From positions 1 to 22,665 of the IMG/VR virus record IMGVR_UViG_2744054628_000009: 22,665 bases of DNA. One strand, 5' to 3'. The notes below the pieces were generated by a model. It made no database searches, was not told the DNA's origin, and worked only from the letters and a program-made list of their open reading frames with translations. Shown here in pieces: positions 18,093-22,665 of the stretch (position 1 is its first letter; each line of letters opens with the position of its first letter). The stretch is from a virus (lineage: Duplodnaviria; Heunggongvirae; Uroviricota; Caudoviricetes). The translations under genes and the position numbers were made by a program.

Positions 18093-18314
18093 CTAATTAA
18101 GGTTTAGATTGCATTCTGAAAGCGCATCAACGGTCATGGCTGCTATGTTGATCATCACTTTTTCGCGTTTTTTATCTTTCCGCAGACGGTGACGGATAAG
18201 ACGTCCATCAGCCAACATGTCATTGATAGTATCGATGGATAGCCCTGTCAGCTCGCTATAACGTTCAATAGTCACATGAGGCGTGGTAAGAGTGATTGAA
18301 ATGTTAGGTTTCAT
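18093..18314 (-). CDS. apl: Apl-like excisionase / transcriptional regulator
   Basis: 73-aa basic protein that is the first gene of the lytic operon, divergent from cI, as in phage 186. Confidence 0.65.
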   Translation of the reverse strand: MKPNISITLTTPHVTIERYSELTGLSIDTINDMLADGRLIRHRLRKDKKREKVMINIAAMTVDALSECNLNLN

Positions 18315-18386
18315 GATGCAACATTCCTCGTTTAATGTTGATTAATCAGGACGAATACGGATCGTTTGTATTTTGTGAACATCATA

Positions 18387-18415
18387 AACATACGATCGCA
18401 TAGTGAAATCGTCAA
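18387..18415 (-). promoter_or_regulatory. Candidate lytic promoter pR driving apl-cII
   Basis: On the minus strand: TTGACG (18410-18415), 17-nt spacer, TATGTT (18387-18392). Flanked by inverted gtgaac (18379-18384) / gttcac (18424-18429), a possible operator. Confidence 0.5.
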
Positions 18416-18439
18416 GACAAAAGTTCACTTGGAGTGACC

Positions 18440-19009
18440 ATGAATTTGGAGAAAGGCGGACGAGGCGCTATAGAGCGCATGGTAGAAGCATATGGCTTCA
18501 AGACTCGACAGGCGTTGTGCGATCACTTAGGAATCTCTAAAAGTACTCTCGCCACACGCTATATGCGTGACTCATTCCCTGCTGAATGGGTAATCCAGTG
18601 CGCACTTGAAACGGGCGCCTCGCTTAACTGGCTCACGACCGGACATGGTTCAAAGCAAACTTCAGGTAATACAAATACTATGGAAGTCGTTAAATATGTA
18701 TTATCTGATGGAACCTTGCAGGAAGATGGTTTTTATATTTTCGATAAAGAATTTCTACCATCTACGCTCAAAAATCCGTTTGTAATCACCGATAACAATT
18801 CCGTTTTTATTTGCGATAAAGAGTTTAACGATATTCGTGACGGCAAATGGGTAATAAGTATTGATGCCGAAGTAACAATCCGCGATATCACTCGTTTACC
18901 TGGTGGAAGAATCTTAGTTGAAGGTGGAAATAGGGCTTTCGAATGTAAAAAAGAAGAAATTGAAATTATTGGAAAAATTATAAGCATAACAGTTAAGTAC
19001 TTTGAGTAA
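18440..19009 (+). CDS. cI: 186-type CI immunity repressor
   Basis: N-terminal HTH motif AIERMVEAYGFKTRQALCDHLGISKSTLATRYMRDSFPAEWVIQCALETG plus a CI C-terminal-type domain. GGAG at 18431-18434 precedes the ATG at 18440; an alternative in-frame GTG is at 18434. Confidence 0.75.
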   Translation: MNLEKGGRGAIERMVEAYGFKTRQALCDHLGISKSTLATRYMRDSFPAEWVIQCALETGASLNWLTTGHGSKQTSGNTNTMEVVKYVLSDGTLQEDGFYIFDKEFLPSTLKNPFVITDNNSVFICDKEFNDIRDGKWVISIDAEVTIRDITRLPGGRILVEGGNRAFECKKEEIEIIGKIISITVKYFE

Positions 19010-19059
19010 TATAGGAATGTTTTTATGCTTGGTAAAGCATTTGTTGTGGTGTAAAAAAT

Positions 19060-19983
19060 ATGTCAACTCAAAAATTAAAATTTAGCCATATCAAAAACGA
19101 TCTGAAAGCAATAGTTATGCAGAATCGTGGAGGGCAAAAAGTTATTGAGCGTATACTCCTAGCCTATGGCTTCAAGTCACGACAGGCATTATGTAATCAT
19201 CTAGGTATTTCCCAAAGTACTATGGCCAACAGATATGCACGTAATACCTTTCCTGCAGATTGGGTTGTTATATGTTCCATAGAAACAGGAGCATCAATTG
19301 AATGGTTAGTTCTTGGTTCAGATACTGCTCCTTCATCAAAGCAATATTCTGAAAAACATGCCGTTAATGGCCTTTGCAATGAAGTATACATTCCCACTAT
19401 AAAGTTCGATAATGAAAAACTCATGAATTTTAACCGAGGGGGTAAGGCAACAATAGAACGAATTGTCGAGGCTTACGGTTACAAAACGCGCCAAGCATTA
19501 GCTGATCACCTAGGTATTTCAAAAAGCACATTAGCCACACGATACATGCGTGACATTTTTCCTGCAGACTGGGTTTTGCAGTGTGCAATAGAAACGGGCC
19601 ATTCTATTGAATGGATTTCATTTGGTACAGGAGAAATGAAAAACGCAAAAAATAAAGATACTTTAACATTAGTGAAAAAAGTATTAATCAATGGCAAGTT
19701 AATAAATGATGGCTCATATTTATTTGACCCATGCTTTCTACCTTCCAATTTAAAAAATGCATTCGTAGTATCTACCGAAGACTCTGAATTAATATGTGAA
19801 ATAGGTTTTAAAGATGTACATGATGGTAAGTGGCTAGTAAATATTGATGGAGAGAATTCATTTAGAATGATAACTCGACTACCTAAAGGACGAGTTTATA
19901 TTTCATCCCAAAATCACTCTTTTGAATGTTCGCTTACAGACATTGAGTTTATTGCAAAAGTTATTATAAGTTGTTTACATTAA
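19060..19983 (+). CDS. CI-repressor paralog with two tandem N-terminal HTH domains and a CI-like C-terminal domain
   Basis: Two HTH copies (about aa 22-85 and 127-190) each resemble the cI N-terminus; the second is roughly 85% identical by eye. The C-terminal part aligns with the cI C-terminus (LPSNLKN..., DGKWL.NID..., ITRLP.GR). AT-rich. Confidence 0.65.
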   Translation: MSTQKLKFSHIKNDLKAIVMQNRGGQKVIERILLAYGFKSRQALCNHLGISQSTMANRYARNTFPADWVVICSIETGASIEWLVLGSDTAPSSKQYSEKHAVNGLCNEVYIPTIKFDNEKLMNFNRGGKATIERIVEAYGYKTRQALADHLGISKSTLATRYMRDIFPADWVLQCAIETGHSIEWISFGTGEMKNAKNKDTLTLVKKVLINGKLINDGSYLFDPCFLPSNLKNAFVVSTEDSELICEIGFKDVHDGKWLVNIDGENSFRMITRLPKGRVYISSQNHSFECSLTDIEFIAKVIISCLH

Positions 19984-20008
19984 GTAAATTTTTCATGGAG
20001 ACTTCATA

Positions 20009-21526
20009 GTGAAATGTGGTGATTGTAATTGGAACTGGGATGAAGAAACTACCTTTATATTAGACGACGAAGAGGAAATTCTTTCCAAAGACAAACTTAA
20101 TCGGAGACACTATGCAGAATATCTATATTTTTATCTTAAGGAAAAGGGGAAAAAGAACAACACGGTAATCAACCTTAATGCAGAATGGGGAGCTGGTAAA
20201 AGTTTTTTCATAAAGAGATTTTATAACTCAATAAAAGATGCACACCCATGCGTTTACATTGATGCCTGGAAGCAAGACTTTTCTGATGATGCATTTTTAA
20301 CCCTTTTTTCTTCTTTGTCACAACAATTGCAAACATATGCAGGAAAACTTGATGCTCGATTGATACAAAGCGGCCATGCTATCGGACGCTTTACAAAAGG
20401 TGTTCTACCTGAAATCATATCTGGCCTAATCAAGACTTATGCAGGAGTAGATAACGTAGGTGATATAGCCAAAGAAGCCTCATTAATAATGCTGAAGGAA
20501 CACCAGGAAAAACTGAAGAGCATTAAGGTATTAAAAAAAGAACTAACGTTATGGTCTAGGTTGGCATATGAAAATAGTTTTTCATATCCTATATTTATCT
20601 TTATAGATGAATTAGACAGATGCAGGCCAGATTATGCAATTTCTCTTTTAGAGATTGTTAAACATATATTCGATATTAAAAATTTTGTCTTTATTATTGC
20701 TACTGACACAGATCAATTACAACATTCAATCAAGAATGTTTACGGTAATGATTTTTCCGCAAATGACTATTTAGGCCGTTTTTTTCATAGAAGATTTACT
20801 TTAAAACAACCTGAACTTAAAGATTTAATTAATGGTGTTGTTGGTGATTATATTGGTACCGATTTTGAAAATATCACATCAAAAACATACCCACTAACAG
20901 CAACATTAGAAGACTTTTCAATAAATATTTCCAACGTATTTGAAGCATTTGGGTTAAATCTAAGAGACTCAATCCGAAATACTGAAAGGTTAATAGACAT
21001 TCTTAAATCTGATTTAGTCAAAAAGAAAGTAGATTATATTTTTATAATTTCGCTAATGATTATATATGATAAGGATCGTCAAATTATAGATGGACTAATT
21101 GGTCGAAGAAATGCAGCACAACGTTTCACTGATTCGATAAAGCAAAGCTCCAATTTAAAAGGTGTTTCTCAAGCCATCCTTGAATTAAATCTTGATACAA
21201 ATCAGCAAAGAATAGGTGTCAATTATATCTATAGAACGGCGAGCAGTAGATTATTCATCTCACAGATCGAGCCCAAAATAAATTTAACATTAATAAATTA
21301 CTTAGATGTTGCATTGTATTTTATTAATAATATAAACATGCTTAAATCAAGTATAAAAAACAATGGGCAAAATTCACTAATGATTATATCTCAACAAGGC
21401 CCTATTGATGGTGATACAGCTATAAAGTATTTGCAAGGAGCCCTTATAGAGAATGGTCTGAATACATCTTTTTATGCCTTACATAATTACATTGAATTAA
21501 TTGAACTGGCCACATCATTTGATTAA
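20009..21526 (+). CDS. KAP-family P-loop NTPase (PifA-like)
   Basis: Walker A GAGKSFF (about aa 60) and Walker B IFIFIDELDRCRP (about aa 196), in the form typical of KAP NTPases; GTG start with GGAG 8 nt upstream; strongly AT-rich, 505 aa. Confidence 0.65.
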   Translation: MKCGDCNWNWDEETTFILDDEEEILSKDKLNRRHYAEYLYFYLKEKGKKNNTVINLNAEWGAGKSFFIKRFYNSIKDAHPCVYIDAWKQDFSDDAFLTLFSSLSQQLQTYAGKLDARLIQSGHAIGRFTKGVLPEIISGLIKTYAGVDNVGDIAKEASLIMLKEHQEKLKSIKVLKKELTLWSRLAYENSFSYPIFIFIDELDRCRPDYAISLLEIVKHIFDIKNFVFIIATDTDQLQHSIKNVYGNDFSANDYLGRFFHRRFTLKQPELKDLINGVVGDYIGTDFENITSKTYPLTATLEDFSINISNVFEAFGLNLRDSIRNTERLIDILKSDLVKKKVDYIFIISLMIIYDKDRQIIDGLIGRRNAAQRFTDSIKQSSNLKGVSQAILELNLDTNQQRIGVNYIYRTASSRLFISQIEPKINLTLINYLDVALYFINNINMLKSSIKNNGQNSLMIISQQGPIDGDTAIKYLQGALIENGLNTSFYALHNYIELIELATSFD

Positions 21527-21588
21527 AAGCATTGTTTGAATAAACTAAACCATACATTGACCACTGGTCAAACATACAGTTAAATTTA

Positions 21589-21612
21589 GCCCTCTGATAT
21601 GAGGGCTTTATT
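21589..21612 (+). terminator. Rho-independent terminator ending at the int start codon
   Basis: gccctc-tgatat-gagggc followed by tttatt, then ATG at 21613. Confidence 0.6.
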
Positions 21613-22665
21613 ATGGCAGTACGAAAACTCACCACAGGAAAATGGCTTTGCGAATGTTACCCCGCCGGACGTAGTGGGCGTCGTGTGCGTAAACAATTCG
21701 CCACCAAAGGCGAAGCACTGGCTTTTGAGCGTCACACGATGGAAGAAACCGAAGCAAAGCCCTGGCTGGGTGAATCAGTGGATCGTCGAACACTGAAAGA
21801 CGTGGTTGAGCTATGGTTCAAACTACATGGTAAATCTCTGACTGCTGGGCAGCATGTCTATGACAAATTGCTGCTGATGGTTGACGCTCTGGGCAATCCC
21901 CTTGCAACTGATCTAACCTCTAAAATGTTTGCCCACTATCGAGATAAACGCCTGACAGGTGAGATCTACTTCAGTGAGAAATGGAAGAAAGGAGCAAGCC
22001 CGGTCACCATTAACCTGGAGCAAAGCTATCTAAGTAGTGTTTTTAGCGAACTATCCCGCCTGGGCGAATGGTCGTATCCGAACCCACTGGAGAACATGCG
22101 AAAATTCACCATCGCAGAAAAAGAGATGGCATGGCTTACCCATGAGCAGATTGTTGAATTACTAGCTGATTGCAAACGTCAGGACCCAATTCTGGCACTG
22201 GTAGTTAAGATATGCTTAAGCACAGGCGCACGCTGGCGAGAAGCCGTAAATCTTACCCGCTCACAGGTGACCAAATACCGAATTACCTTTGTAAGAACGA
22301 AGGGGAAGAAAAACAGAAGCATCCCTATCAGTAAAGAGCTTTACGAAGAGATCATGGCGCTTGATGGGTTCAATTTCTTCACAGACTGCTATTTTCAATT
22401 TTTATCCGTGATGGAAAAAACGTCTATCGTGCTCCCTCGCGGTCAACTCACACACGTTCTGCGCCATACGTTTGCGGCGCACTTCATGATGTCGGGTGGA
22501 AACATTCTGGCCTTACAAAAAATTCTCGGACACCACGATATAAAAATGACTATGCGTTACGCACATCTGGCACCGGATCATCTGGAAACGGCGCTCCGTT
22601 TCAATCCTCTGGCAACGCTGCCAAGTGGCGACAAAGTGGCGGCAGCGGTTGGCATTACCCCGTAA
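21613..22665 (+). CDS. int: Tyrosine integrase (P2/186 Int family)
   Basis: 350 aa; C-terminal catalytic region ...HVLRHTFAAHFMMSGGNILALQKILGHHDIKMTMRYAHL with the conserved R/H/R/Y arrangement; sits at the end of the prophage opposite ogr. Confidence 0.85.
   Translation: MAVRKLTTGKWLCECYPAGRSGRRVRKQFATKGEALAFERHTMEETEAKPWLGESVDRRTLKDVVELWFKLHGKSLTAGQHVYDKLLLMVDALGNPLATDLTSKMFAHYRDKRLTGEIYFSEKWKKGASPVTINLEQSYLSSVFSELSRLGEWSYPNPLENMRKFTIAEKEMAWLTHEQIVELLADCKRQDPILALVVKICLSTGARWREAVNLTRSQVTKYRITFVRTKGKKNRSIPISKELYEEIMALDGFNFFTDCYFQFLSVMEKTSIVLPRGQLTHVLRHTFAAHFMMSGGNILALQKILGHHDIKMTMRYAHLAPDHLETALRFNPLATLPSGDKVAAAVGITP

Larger units (their letters stand above)
2776..22665. mobile_element. Defective P2/186-family prophage (ogr end to int; continues past the window end)
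   Basis: Colinear with the P2/186 gene order (ogr-D-U-T...H-I...L-M | P-Q | cargo | A ... cII-apl | cI ... int), but with several structural genes missing. Left boundary lies between the ybjL terminator and the ogr stop; right boundary is not in the window. Confidence 0.85.

Noticed and set aside
19025-19040. Hairpin atgctt-ggta-aagcat between cI and the CI paralog, as a terminator
   Set aside because: Only a 6-bp stem with no clear U-tract; too weak to call.

Overview
Read by eye against remembered protein families; no database search or alignment was run. The window opens with three E. coli core genes (grxA, ybjM, ybjL; nt 1-2619) and an intrinsic terminator. From about nt 2776 to the window end it is a defective prophage of the P2/186 family, apparently inserted downstream of ybjL. 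The prophage map is: ogr, D, U, T (C-terminal fragment), H (N-terminal fragment), I, L/J remnant and M on the minus strand; P and Q on the plus strand; an accessory region; then tum/dinI-like, A, dam, four small early genes, cII and apl on the minus strand; the pR switch region; then cI, two cargo genes and int on the plus strand. At least three internal deletions have removed the capsid genes, the lysis genes and most tail genes, while the immunity, replication, integration and cargo genes appear intact. Two cargo loci stand out. Between Q and A lies a PRTase + DprA-like gene pair with ShosTA-like architecture, next to a highly acidic small protein. Between cI and int lies an AT-rich cassette encoding a cI paralog with a duplicated N-terminal HTH domain and a PifA-like KAP-family P-loop NTPase; this is my best candidate for an undescribed system. 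Single-base frameshifts in grxA and dam may be assembly errors rather than real pseudogenes.
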